Below, piece by piece: positions 1 through 9,984 of a stretch of DNA of 64,000 nucleotides. Position numbers and translations under genes: made by a program. Within the stretch, counting starts at the first letter, position 1. Each line of letters opens with the position of its first letter. Below the pieces are notes generated by a model. That model was not told where the DNA came from, did not search any database, and saw nothing but the letters and a program-made list of their open reading frames with translations. The stretch comes from an uncultured Gammaproteobacteria bacterium (GTDB lineage: Bacteria > Patescibacteriota > Microgenomatia > Levybacterales > UBA12049): assembly GCA_964497535.1 (NCBI GenBank), contig CAZCCG010000002.1:104227-168226 (forward strand). Reading direction: 5' to 3'.

Positions 1-117
1 CAAGACAAAAAATCCCATACCACAGAGATAACCAATCCATAGTACATACCTCCGTTGTGATGCTTTTCGTTGCTATCAAAGAGCCAATATCAAATTGTCA
101 AAATAAAGTATAACAAA

Positions 118-1755
118 TTATGGTCTTTTGTATATCGTTACTGGTGTAGCAGCAATCAGTCCGGACAAATAAATGTTCAATTCATTTCCCAGATAAAGTT
201 GGAGGGCATGTGTCCTGGGAAAGTAAGCAATTGATTTATATTTTTCATGTTCCAGCCTTTTTATAAGTTCTTTTGTGGATGATAATTTTAAATAATTACG
301 ATTAAGCAGCGTGTCGGATAGGATAACATACTTCGGTAATTTCTTTGTAGTTGCATCAATAATTTGATAGGAAAAATAAGTATGGTAGTTGCGATTTTCC
401 TGTTTGAGGTAGTAGTCTTTGAGAACAAAATCAGGAACAGAGTGATAAATAGGGGTATTTTCAATACCAATATACGACCCTTTGGGAATATTTTTAAGAA
501 CCCATTCGGAAGACACCTGCACCGGTGCTTTTGTATATTTGGCACTGAGAAAAAAATAGGAAACAATCATTTGAAGTAGACCACAAACTATGAAAAGTGC
601 ATACCATGTATATTTTGTTTTTGTGGAGATACTTTTCACCCGTTCAAAGAGAACTCCGATCAAAAGAGCCAAAAATGGCAAGACTACCAGAAGCCTATTG
701 CCTGTTGCTCCAAGACCTAAAGGAATTAGAGAGATACTATAAACTACCAGACTGATTATGATAAAGACAGCTGGTTTATTTTTCTCTCTTTTCAGAAATA
801 TCTCGCCCACTGTCAGATATGATCCGTATACAAGTGCCGCAGTTGCAAGCAAAAAGAATCCATACCCGAAAATTCTGGGAAATTGTATCCCTATGGTATA
901 AACCCACGTCGGAATAGAGCCAATAAGAAAGTTAGTATCTTTTTGACTGGCTGTGGAAATATTTGAGGATAGATATTGCTGGTAGTTACTGAAACGAAAA
1001 ATAATATCCGGAATCCCCGCAAAAATGGCAAGAAGAGAACAAAATACTATCCCGATCGCCAGTTGTTTGTACTTACGCGTGAAGTTGGGTGTAAAATAAA
1101 AAAAGGCAATACCATAGAGAAGTAATTGAGGAAGGGCTGCCACTTTTGTCGCAAATGCCAATGCGCAGGGAATTGCCGCAAGTAAAAAGTTTTTAAGGGT
1201 TGGTTTTTCTCCATATCGCAAAATAAAAAAGAGTGAAAGCAGTATCCAAAACGTCAGGGCAATATCATATTTGAAATAATTGCTCAGGACTATCCACAGC
1301 GGTGTAACCGTAAAGAAAAAAACAGATACGAAAGGAGTTATTTTGAGATATTTTCTCGCAATGATTGCAATCAGAAGAATTGATAATACACCAAATAATA
1401 ACGTATTCAGACGCAAAACAATAAATATCTTTTCCTGCATTTGCAAATTGTCCATTGACGAATGTACTGAGAACGGTTGTATAACTCCTAAGATTACAAA
1501 AGGAATTAGATAAATACCCGTCAGAAAAAATTGGAAAATAGAACCATTTGCTGCTCCGCTAACATTTGGAGTACCATGTTTAAATAAAGCGCGGACTGCC
1601 TGCAATTGATGCCACTCATCCATATGATAATTAAAAGGATGTGTCTCATTTGGTATTCCCCATCCAATAACGCTTATCATCGCAAAAATGTAAACGAAAA
1701 CTACTAACAGAACCACTTTATTTTCTTTTCCCCATTGAAGAATCCTTGCCCACAT
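118..1755 (-). CDS. Polytopic GT-C family glycosyltransferase (PMT/ArnT-like, polyprenyl-phosphate-sugar dependent)
   Basis: 545 aa with more than 10 predicted TM helices. A DE motif sits in the first extracytoplasmic loop (NYHMDEWHQ), the typical GT39/GT83 architecture. Adjacent to the sugar-nucleotide genes. Confidence 0.55.
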   Translation of the reverse strand: MWARILQWGKENKVVLLVVFVYIFAMISVIGWGIPNETHPFNYHMDEWHQLQAVRALFKHGTPNVSGAANGSIFQFFLTGIYLIPFVILGVIQPFSVHSSMDNLQMQEKIFIVLRLNTLLFGVLSILLIAIIARKYLKITPFVSVFFFTVTPLWIVLSNYFKYDIALTFWILLSLFFILRYGEKPTLKNFLLAAIPCALAFATKVAALPQLLLYGIAFFYFTPNFTRKYKQLAIGIVFCSLLAIFAGIPDIIFRFSNYQQYLSSNISTASQKDTNFLIGSIPTWVYTIGIQFPRIFGYGFFLLATAALVYGSYLTVGEIFLKREKNKPAVFIIISLVVYSISLIPLGLGATGNRLLVVLPFLALLIGVLFERVKSISTKTKYTWYALFIVCGLLQMIVSYFFLSAKYTKAPVQVSSEWVLKNIPKGSYIGIENTPIYHSVPDFVLKDYYLKQENRNYHTYFSYQIIDATTKKLPKYVILSDTLLNRNYLKLSSTKELIKRLEHEKYKSIAYFPRTHALQLYLGNELNIYLSGLIAATPVTIYKRP

Positions 1756-1787
1756 AGTGATGTTATTATAGCTGATTTTTCTTCCTG

Positions 1788-1823
1788 TTCTACCTTTTTC
1801 TACTTTCTTCTACTTTTTTCTAC
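1788..1823. promoter_or_regulatory. Four direct TTCTAC repeats spaced exactly 10 bp apart in a divergent promoter region
   Basis: TTCTAC occurs at 1788, 1798, 1808 and 1818. The region lies between the divergently transcribed GT-C gene and the dehydrogenase operon. Confidence 0.3.
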
Positions 1824-1874
1824 TTCCTAGGCATTGATTTATACTCGCCTCTTCACTAAAATAGGGAAACGTAT

Positions 1875-3140
1875 ATGAGTAAAAAAACAATTTCGGTTAT
1901 TGGTATTGGCCGAGTGGGTCTTCCGCTCGCGCTGATCCTTGCCGAGGAAGGATACAAAGTATACGGAATTGGTCGTAACGAAGCAAAAATTGAACTCCTC
2001 AAAAAAAAGAAACTTCCCTTTATCGAAAAAGGAATCACAGCATTTAAAAAATATATTAATGTGTCTTTTATCCCTACCACTTCGTATGAAGTACTTTCAA
2101 AATCTTCTGTAATTATCCTTACACTGGGTACTCCCATTGATGAAAATATGAATCCGGTCCTGGATCAAATCAATGCTGCGCTTGATGCAATGATACCCTA
2201 TTTACGAAAAAATCAATTAATACTTCTGAGAAGCACTGTATCACCCGGAACTACAGTATATGTCAAAGACAAGCTGGAAATGATGACAAAATTTAAAGTA
2301 GGTAAAAATTTATTCCTTGCATTTTGTCCGGAACGAATCGCTGAAGGACAGGCTCTCCGAGAATTACGGGAAATTCCCCAAATTGTTGGAGGAATCAATG
2401 AAGCATCCAGCAAACACGCCAGAGAGTTTTTTGAATCCTGGAATGTACCGGTTGAAGTTACTGATTCAACTTCTGCTGAACTTGCCAAGCTTTTTACCAA
2501 CATGTATCGATATATTTCTTTTGCGATTTCAAATGAATTTATGGTAATTGCGGAAAGTTTTAATAAAAATATTCATGAAATCGTCCAGCTGGTAAATAAA
2601 GGATATAAAAGAGGAGGACTCGCATTACCAGGTCTCACTGCCGGGCCATGTCTTTTTAAAGATGGCTTTTTTTTAATCAATGAGAATCCTTTTTTGGACC
2701 TCATTACCGCATCGTGGAAAATCAATGAGGCAGTACCACTTTTTTTGATCAAAAAACTTCGGGAAAGAGTTAAATTAAAAAATAAGAGAGTTGCCATACT
2801 TGGCCTTGCTTTCAAGCCGGAAATTGACGACATACGGGAATCTTTGAGTTTTAAAATACGAAAGGCACTACTTCGGGAACATGCCCAGGTACTGCTCCAT
2901 GACCCGTTCGTCAAAAATTATCCAGCCCAAACGGTCTTTAGCAACATTAAAGAAGTACTCAAAGATGTAGATGTTGTAATTATTGCCACCAATCATAATC
3001 AATATAAAAAAGAAAAGGCCAAGATATTATCTCTCCTGAATAACAAAGTCTATATCTGTGATATCTGGAATATATTCGGGATTAATAAATTGCTTTTTAC
3101 CGTAAATCAAATCAAAACACATACTACTCGTAAAAAATAA
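1875..3140 (+). CDS. UDP-glucose/GDP-mannose dehydrogenase family nucleotide-sugar dehydrogenase
   Basis: N-terminal Rossmann motif VIGIGRVGLPLALILA. Family-typical central and C-terminal UDP-binding regions (GLAFKPEIDDIRES). Confidence 0.85.
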   Translation: MSKKTISVIGIGRVGLPLALILAEEGYKVYGIGRNEAKIELLKKKKLPFIEKGITAFKKYINVSFIPTTSYEVLSKSSVIILTLGTPIDENMNPVLDQINAALDAMIPYLRKNQLILLRSTVSPGTTVYVKDKLEMMTKFKVGKNLFLAFCPERIAEGQALRELREIPQIVGGINEASSKHAREFFESWNVPVEVTDSTSAELAKLFTNMYRYISFAISNEFMVIAESFNKNIHEIVQLVNKGYKRGGLALPGLTAGPCLFKDGFFLINENPFLDLITASWKINEAVPLFLIKKLRERVKLKNKRVAILGLAFKPEIDDIRESLSFKIRKALLREHAQVLLHDPFVKNYPAQTVFSNIKEVLKDVDVVIIATNHNQYKKEKAKILSLLNNKVYICDIWNIFGINKLLFTVNQIKTHTTRKK

Positions 3141-3141
3141 T

Positions 3142-4161
3142 ATGAAAATTCTAGTTACCGGCTCAGCCGGCTTCATCGGAGGATACTTGGTTGAAGAATT
3201 ATTACGTCTTGGACATACGGTGGTCGGAATTGACAATTATTCAAAGTATGGGAAACTTGAAAAAAGTTATGATCACAACAAAAACTATATCTTTATACAA
3301 GGGGATGCTAAAAATACCGTGCTTTTGAAAAAAGCAATAAAAAATTGTGACTATGTCGTCGCATTAGCTGCAAAAATAGGAGGAATCAGTTACTTTCATT
3401 CCCTGGCATATGATTTACTGGCGGAAAATGAACGGATTATTGCGGCAACATTTGATGCCGCAATTGCGGCTTTTCAAAAAGATAAATTGAAAAAAATAGT
3501 AGTTATCTCATCAAGTATGGTTTTTGAATCCGCAGAGATATTCCCTACTCCTGAAAGCGCTATTGATACATGTCCGCCTCCGAAATCGACCTATGGATTC
3601 CAGAAATTAGCCTGTGAATATTTTGCCAAAGGAGCATACGAACAATATAGGCTCCCCTACACAATAGTCAGACCCTTTAATTGCGTAGGAATCGGAGAAA
3701 CCAGGGCAAAAATGGGAACTACGTTAAAAAGCGGCAATGTAAAATTAGCTCTGAGCCACGTTGTTCCTGATTTAGTACAAAAAATTCTCAAGGGTCAGTA
3801 TCCCCTTCATATCTTAGGATCAGGCAAACAAATTCGTCATTACACCTATGCCGGCGATATAGCCAAGGGAATTTGCACCGCGATGTTTTCAAAAAAAGCG
3901 CTCAACCAGGATTTTAACATCTCAACAGATGAATCTACTTCTGTCCTGGAGTTGGCAAAACATATTTGGAAAAAAACACAGCAAAAAAAAGTATTCCGTT
4001 TTGTGAGCGATACTCCTTTTACCTATGATGTGCAAAAAAGGATTCCCGATACTACCAAATCAAAGAAAATCCTCCAGTTTGAAGCAACCACACCGCTTGA
4101 TACTATGCTTGATGAAGTAATTCCCTGGATTGAGCAGGAAATGAAACTGGGGAAATTGTAA
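3142..4161 (+). CDS. NAD-dependent epimerase/dehydratase (extended SDR)
   Basis: ILVTGSAGFIGGYLVEEL Rossmann motif and a YxxxK-type active-site region. Follows the dehydrogenase with a 1-nt gap. Confidence 0.8.
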   Translation: MKILVTGSAGFIGGYLVEELLRLGHTVVGIDNYSKYGKLEKSYDHNKNYIFIQGDAKNTVLLKKAIKNCDYVVALAAKIGGISYFHSLAYDLLAENERIIAATFDAAIAAFQKDKLKKIVVISSSMVFESAEIFPTPESAIDTCPPPKSTYGFQKLACEYFAKGAYEQYRLPYTIVRPFNCVGIGETRAKMGTTLKSGNVKLALSHVVPDLVQKILKGQYPLHILGSGKQIRHYTYAGDIAKGICTAMFSKKALNQDFNISTDESTSVLELAKHIWKKTQQKKVFRFVSDTPFTYDVQKRIPDTTKSKKILQFEATTPLDTMLDEVIPWIEQEMKLGKL

Positions 4162-4163
4162 GA

Positions 4164-6734
4164 ATGAAATTATCAATTATTGTACCTGTATTCCATGAAG
4201 AAAAAAATATTATCCAGGTTATAAAAAGAATCAATCACGATGTTGATACCTCTCATGAAATACTTATTATTTACGACAGCGTACTAGATCCGACCTATAT
4301 CGTCCTAAAAGATTATCTCCAGAAAAACCCAAAGAGCATCCGCCTCTTGCAGAGTGATCAGGGATCAAAAAAAGGAGTCATGAATGCCATAAAGACCGGT
4401 TTTGTCCATGCAAAAGGAAATGCCTGTGTAGTTCTGATGGCAGATCTTTCTGATGATATAACCCAAATAGATACTATGTATCATCTCTTCGAAAAAGGGT
4501 GGGATATTGTCTGCGCCTCACGGTATATGAAAGGCGGCAAGAAAATCGGCGGTCCTTTTATCAAGACTTTCCTTTCACGCATTGCAGGACTGACATTGCA
4601 TTATCTCTTTCGTATTCCTACTATGGACTCAACCAATGCTTTCAAACTCTACAACAGAAAGATTTTTGACGTAATAACACTGGAAAGTACCGGAGGGTTT
4701 GAATATTCCTTGGAAATAATACTAAAAGCACATAAAAAAGGATATAAAATTACTGAAATTCCGACAGTCTGGAAAGACCGGGAAGAAGGTACGTCAAACT
4801 TCAAAATGCTTGCCTGGCTTCCCCAATATGCAAAATGGTATTTTTATTCTTTTTCTCTACCATTTTTTAAAAAAATCTTTTCTTCAAATGTAGGGTTGGT
4901 TCTTATTAGCATGGTAGTGATTGTGTTAAAACTCAATGACATAGGGTTGGCATTGCGGGATAAAATAGTAATCAGCTCAAGCCTGGATTTTTCCTGGCAG
5001 GTCGATACAGTCCAACGGTTGCTGCACGGATATATCTTGGGAAAAGATTTTGTCTTTACCTATGGCCCCCTCTTTCAATTTCTTATCTCACTTCCTTCTC
5101 TGTTGCTGCATGTTCCTTCATACCTCTCCGTTGCGTTGTTCCCTGCAACAGGAATGGTAATAACCGGTATTTTGCTTACAATAGTAGTCAGACTGCTGTT
5201 GCCGAAAGACTCTGAACAGGTGATTCTTTTTGCCTATCTCCTTTTTGTTATTGGCATTGCATCTTTGGAACAGCTTATTGCAATTCGAATTCTTCTTCCT
5301 ATGGTCTATGCACTTATCTGGACAAAATATCTCATCTTTGATAAACCAACACTTAAAAAACACATAGGTATTGCACTACTGCCCAGTATCTTTGGGCTGT
5401 TTACCTATGATCTTTTTCTCTCATGTTTATTCATTACCATACTTCTTGCTTTTGGTTTTGTTCTTTATTCCAAAGACAAAAAACAAAAATTAAAATCTTT
5501 TTCTCTCTCAATTGTGCTGATACTCATGGCCCAGCTGCTCACCAGTCTTTTGCTGACAAATAATGGAGACTATATTCAGTATGCTGTTACCACGCTGCAT
5601 GATTACTATTATGTGATGAATATCCCCTGGCAATATGATCGTGATAATATACTTTTTATATTTCCCTGTATTCTTCTCCTGCTCATTCCGTACATAATTA
5701 CAATCAAAAATCTTTCAAACCACTTAAAAATATTGCTTATTGTTCTGACTATTGCGTCACTTCTTGAGATAAAAAGTGCGTTCATTCGTCCGGATGCGGG
5801 TCATATTATAAAAGCAGTATATCCCAGTATCATTATGGTTTTTTTAGTCCTGTATTTTGTCGCGCGTAATAAAAAAGGACTTATAATGCTAGGAATTCTT
5901 CTCTATATGCTAATTCCCTACAAACCGGTCTATTACAATACACTTGCCCCAAAAAATATTATTAATCTTTTGCATATTATACAAACCAAACCATCTTTTT
6001 TTTCTCTCTATAAGATGCCACCGGGCTATTACTATTCTGAGCAGGATTTTAAGACTTTTTCCTACCTTACTTCTGCCAATAGAAATAACATATGGATCTA
6101 TCCCTATGATAACTACATTGCCAATATTCAAAATAGCACGTATAACTCATTTGCTCTTCAATTGTATGATTATTCAAATTCATCAATAGAACAACAAACA
6201 GTCACACGGCTTGGGCAAAACCCGCCCGGCTATATTATCTTCGGCATTGATACAAAAGGAGCTTTGAATTTGGATGATATTCCAAATCTCACCCGTAATC
6301 CCCTTGTTTTTGCTTGGATTCTCAAAAATTATTCTGTTATGCAAACCAAACCTCATTATCTGATTTTGAAATATAATCCGGAAAAGAAAACCGCTGTAGA
6401 TAATACATCATGTAATCTATATAAGCTGGTTGTTGATTTAACTCCTGTTAACCCTTTTGAAAAAATATTCTCAAGTTTTGTGAAACCGTCTATTTATCTA
6501 ACAGGAGATCACAAACTCAGGTTACCCTATACTTCTTCGGCCAACTCATATAGTATCTTTACCGGATATAGAGATTCAAAAAAATTACAGCAACTTTTTG
6601 AAAATTCTATCAATTGGAATAACACAAAGGAAACCAATCAACAAGTAGGTATAAACAAACAAAATCCTTTTACTCACCACATTACTCTACTTGATTCATC
6701 GAAATTAAACACTGCTGTTATTTGTCTCAATTAA
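4164..6734 (+). CDS. GT2 glycosyltransferase (DPM1/GtrB-like, polyprenyl-phosphate sugar synthase) fused to a large polytopic membrane domain
   Basis: N-terminal ~230 aa resembles DPM1-like GT2 (IIVPVFHEEKNI ... LMADLSDD ... CASRYMKGG). It is followed by more than 10 TM helices and a C-terminal soluble region. Confidence 0.7.
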   Translation: MKLSIIVPVFHEEKNIIQVIKRINHDVDTSHEILIIYDSVLDPTYIVLKDYLQKNPKSIRLLQSDQGSKKGVMNAIKTGFVHAKGNACVVLMADLSDDITQIDTMYHLFEKGWDIVCASRYMKGGKKIGGPFIKTFLSRIAGLTLHYLFRIPTMDSTNAFKLYNRKIFDVITLESTGGFEYSLEIILKAHKKGYKITEIPTVWKDREEGTSNFKMLAWLPQYAKWYFYSFSLPFFKKIFSSNVGLVLISMVVIVLKLNDIGLALRDKIVISSSLDFSWQVDTVQRLLHGYILGKDFVFTYGPLFQFLISLPSLLLHVPSYLSVALFPATGMVITGILLTIVVRLLLPKDSEQVILFAYLLFVIGIASLEQLIAIRILLPMVYALIWTKYLIFDKPTLKKHIGIALLPSIFGLFTYDLFLSCLFITILLAFGFVLYSKDKKQKLKSFSLSIVLILMAQLLTSLLLTNNGDYIQYAVTTLHDYYYVMNIPWQYDRDNILFIFPCILLLLIPYIITIKNLSNHLKILLIVLTIASLLEIKSAFIRPDAGHIIKAVYPSIIMVFLVLYFVARNKKGLIMLGILLYMLIPYKPVYYNTLAPKNIINLLHIIQTKPSFFSLYKMPPGYYYSEQDFKTFSYLTSANRNNIWIYPYDNYIANIQNSTYNSFALQLYDYSNSSIEQQTVTRLGQNPPGYIIFGIDTKGALNLDDIPNLTRNPLVFAWILKNYSVMQTKPHYLILKYNPEKKTAVDNTSCNLYKLVVDLTPVNPFEKIFSSFVKPSIYLTGDHKLRLPYTSSANSYSIFTGYRDSKKLQQLFENSINWNNTKETNQQVGINKQNPFTHHITLLDSSKLNTAVICLN

Positions 6735-6736
6735 CT

Positions 6737-8002
6737 ATGAATCATTTCCAAACAATCGGAGAATATAGAAGCTATACCGGATGCCGCTTTTGCGAAAGTA
6801 AGCGCATAGTACCGGTTATTGATCTGGGACTCATGCCGCTGGCAGGAGGATTTCTCAAAAACAAAAATGAATTTGAGAAAGAAAAACTCTATCCGCTCGA
6901 GCTTCTCTTTTGTAAAGATTGCTTTTTACTCCAAACCAAACAGGTAATACAAAGCGATATATTATTTAAAAACTACTTTTATTTTTCTTCTTCCATTCAT
7001 ACGCTGGTCGAACATTTTCGAAAGCTCGCCAAAGAGCTGGGTCAAGCATATGCTTCTAAAGGAAAAAAGATAGTGGTGGAAATCGGATGTAATGACGGAA
7101 GTTTTCTCAAAGCCTGCGAAAACAATGGTTTTGTGCCGATTGGTGTGGACCCTGCTACCAATGTAGTTATGCCGCTCATCAAAAATGGTATGAATATCTT
7201 CAATGAATATTTCAACCAGCATTCGGCAACGAAGATTATTAAAAACTTCGGTAAAGCAGACATTATTTTTAGCTCAAATACTCTTGCCCATATCGAAGAT
7301 ATGCATGAGGTACTACGAGGAATCAAAAAAGTATTACAACCCCAAGGTTTGTTTATTTTTGAAGTGCATTATTTGGCAAAACTATTAAAAGACCTCCATT
7401 ATGACATGATCTATCACGAACACCAGTATTATTACTCTGTTCTTACCCTGCAACAGTTTCTGGATCAATTTGATATGGAAATCTGTGACGTCAAAGACAT
7501 TCCGATCCATGGAGGTTCTATACAAGTATGGGCACAGCACAAAAGTGAAGGAACACACAAAATCTCCCCTTCTGTCAAAAGATTCATCCGACAGGAACAG
7601 AAATTAGGATTGGACAAAGTCCAGACATTCAAGAAATTTTATAAAGAGATTGATACTACCAGAAAGAGCCTCCTTCGTTTACTTACAAGGCTTAGGAAGC
7701 AACAGAAAACTATTGCCGGATACGGCGCATCAGGGCGAGCGACAATCATTACTAATTTTTGTGGAATTGACTCAAGGCTTCTTGATTATATTATGGATGA
7801 TTCTCCGGCTCGCCAAAATATATATATGCCAGGAGTTCATATACAGACTTATTCTTCTTCAATTTTGGAAAGCAAACAGCCCCCGGCTTATACCCTTCTC
7901 TTTGCCTGGGCATTTATCGACGAGATCAAAAAAAGACATAGAAAGTATGAGAAAAGAGGAGGAAGATTTATTGTCCCGCTCCCAACAGTAAAAATTGTAT
8001 GA
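6737..8002 (+). CDS. NDP-hexose C-methyltransferase (TylC3/EvaC-type, zinc-ribbon + class I MTase + C-MT C-terminal domain)
   Basis: N-terminal CRFCES...LGLMPLAGGF zinc-binding motif, a central SAM-MTase region (VVEIGCNDGSFL), and a C-terminal IAGYGASGRATIITNF motif. The ORF track starts at a TTG at 6722; the ATG at 6737 avoids overlap with the upstream stop. Confidence 0.7.
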   Translation: MNHFQTIGEYRSYTGCRFCESKRIVPVIDLGLMPLAGGFLKNKNEFEKEKLYPLELLFCKDCFLLQTKQVIQSDILFKNYFYFSSSIHTLVEHFRKLAKELGQAYASKGKKIVVEIGCNDGSFLKACENNGFVPIGVDPATNVVMPLIKNGMNIFNEYFNQHSATKIIKNFGKADIIFSSNTLAHIEDMHEVLRGIKKVLQPQGLFIFEVHYLAKLLKDLHYDMIYHEHQYYYSVLTLQQFLDQFDMEICDVKDIPIHGGSIQVWAQHKSEGTHKISPSVKRFIRQEQKLGLDKVQTFKKFYKEIDTTRKSLLRLLTRLRKQQKTIAGYGASGRATIITNFCGIDSRLLDYIMDDSPARQNIYMPGVHIQTYSSSILESKQPPAYTLLFAWAFIDEIKKRHRKYEKRGGRFIVPLPTVKIV

Positions 8003-8868
8003 AAAAACATCCTACTATTTTGATTTTGGGAACCCGGGGAATGCTGGGACATACATTGTTTTCTTATTTTTCTTCTGTGTATCCAAAAACTACCTGGGGA
8101 ACCCAACGTAAAAAATCTTCCAACCCGTATCTACTACCTCTTTCTGTTGAAGGCTATGAAACGGATTTCAAAAAAATATTCAGAAGGGTAAAAAAGGTTG
8201 ATTATGTCATCAACGCAATTGTGATCAACCAAAAAGATGCAGCTATTCAAGATATCATCCGGGCTAACTCAATCTTCCCTCACCAACTGGAGACACTGGG
8301 CAAAAAGTATGGTTTTAAGCTCATCCACGTGTCAACGGACGCGGTATTCTCAGAACGGGCGGGCAAAGTAAATGAAAACACTCCGATCTCCCCTACAACG
8401 TTCTATGGTGCAAGTAAATTGCTCGGAGAAACGTCTGAGCCAAACGCCATAACCATCCGAACCTCACTGATTGGCCGAAGTCCCTATAAAAAAGAAGGGC
8501 TATTGGAACGGACAACAGGCCAAAAGACAGTAACTGCTTCTCCCAATCAACGCTGGGCAGGAGCTACAACACTTCAATTTACCACGTTTTGTAATTATCT
8601 ATGTAATGAAAAAGTATTTAAAAAACTACGCATTAAATCCACCGTGTTTCACTTTGCACCTTTGGGACCGACCAATAAGTATCACTTATTAAAGACCTAT
8701 CTTTCCTTGATTCATTCATCTTGCAAAGTACAAAAAACTACTCTTCCAAAAATGACCCGTCAATTGGCAACTCTTTACTCCCAGTTGCTTTTGAACAAAT
8801 ATTATCTCAATAATATTGAAAAGGCTCTTGAAGAATTACTCCTGTTTGAAGATAAAGCGGCTAACTAG
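7999..8868 (+). CDS. RmlD-like NAD(P)-dependent sugar reductase (dTDP-4-dehydrorhamnose reductase family)
   Basis: ILILGTRGMLG Rossmann motif. The HVSTDAVF...YGASKLLGE motifs match the RmlD substrate-binding domain. ATGA overlap with the upstream gene. Confidence 0.55.
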   Translation: MKKHPTILILGTRGMLGHTLFSYFSSVYPKTTWGTQRKKSSNPYLLPLSVEGYETDFKKIFRRVKKVDYVINAIVINQKDAAIQDIIRANSIFPHQLETLGKKYGFKLIHVSTDAVFSERAGKVNENTPISPTTFYGASKLLGETSEPNAITIRTSLIGRSPYKKEGLLERTTGQKTVTASPNQRWAGATTLQFTTFCNYLCNEKVFKKLRIKSTVFHFAPLGPTNKYHLLKTYLSLIHSSCKVQKTTLPKMTRQLATLYSQLLLNKYYLNNIEKALEELLLFEDKAAN

Positions 8869-9905
8869 TGTTTGAGGAGCTCCTCCTGGATTTCGGGGAG
8901 TGCTAACAAAAGCTTTGTTGTTTGTTTTTGATTTAACTGTTTGGTATTGGCCGAAGTATACGCATCCATTTTTGCAGCATCTGTCTTTTTCCAATGAAAC
9001 AGGTATTTATTGTAATCCAACCCCTGTGATTCAGAACGGATTCTATAATAGTTCCCATGTTCACTTGAACGTATCAGTTCCTCCTGAGCAATCAATGTCT
9101 CATGAACTTTTTCGCCTGCCCGTATACCCACTATTTCATATCCTTTGGAGTAATCAAATATTTCGCATACTGACCGTGCCAAAGTCTCCATTGTGCATGC
9201 AGGAGATTTACGAACATAGGTGCAGCCATTCTCCCCATAGATGAGGGTGTATAAGACCAGGTCTACGGCATCTTTGAGGGGAAGTAAAAACCGGGTCATA
9301 TCAGGATTGGTCACGGGAAGCTTTTTATTCTTGTGAATATGTTTTACAAAGTAAGGGATTACAGAACCTCTGGTGTACAGGACATTTCCATACCGTACTG
9401 TACAAAAGATAGTTTTTCCCTGATCCAGTAAGTTTTTGGATTCGGCAATAAATATTTTTTCCATCAATGCTTTTGACATCCCCATCGCATTAATGGGATA
9501 CACTGCTTTATCTGTGGAGAGTGCTACCACCTTTTGTACCTTGTGTTCTATTGCAGCGCTTACTACATTGTAAGCTCCCAGGATATTGGTCTTAACGGCT
9601 TCCATAGGATAAAATTCACAGTTGGGTACTTGCTTGAGTGCCGCCGCATGAAAAACATAGTCCACTCCTGACATCACACGGCTCAAACTTTCCTTGTCCC
9701 TAACATCTCCAATAACAAAGATAAGAATAGGATTATCAAATTCATTACGCATATCAAATTGTTTTTTTTCATCCCTGCTGAAAATGATAATTCTCTTTGG
9801 TTTACAATCCAAAAGGGCACCTACCACATAATGTCCAAAGGAACCGGTACCGCCGGTGATAAGAATTGTTTTGTTTTTTATAGCTTGCTTGTATACTCGT
9901 TTCAT
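8865..9905 (-). CDS. CapD/PseB/FlaA1-like UDP-GlcNAc 4,6-dehydratase (polysaccharide biosynthesis protein)
   Basis: The ILITGGTGSFG motif and family-typical layout. The start was trimmed to the ATG giving MKRVYK; the ORF track extends to 9941. Confidence 0.8.
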   Translation of the reverse strand: MKRVYKQAIKNKTILITGGTGSFGHYVVGALLDCKPKRIIIFSRDEKKQFDMRNEFDNPILIFVIGDVRDKESLSRVMSGVDYVFHAAALKQVPNCEFYPMEAVKTNILGAYNVVSAAIEHKVQKVVALSTDKAVYPINAMGMSKALMEKIFIAESKNLLDQGKTIFCTVRYGNVLYTRGSVIPYFVKHIHKNKKLPVTNPDMTRFLLPLKDAVDLVLYTLIYGENGCTYVRKSPACTMETLARSVCEIFDYSKGYEIVGIRAGEKVHETLIAQEELIRSSEHGNYYRIRSESQGLDYNKYLFHWKKTDAAKMDAYTSANTKQLNQKQTTKLLLALPEIQEELLKH

Positions 9906-9984
9906 AGAAGAGATGTGTATTATACAAAAAAAAGAAAGCACTAAGAACTACCTGAGAAAGACTTAACTATATCAAATCATGTCA

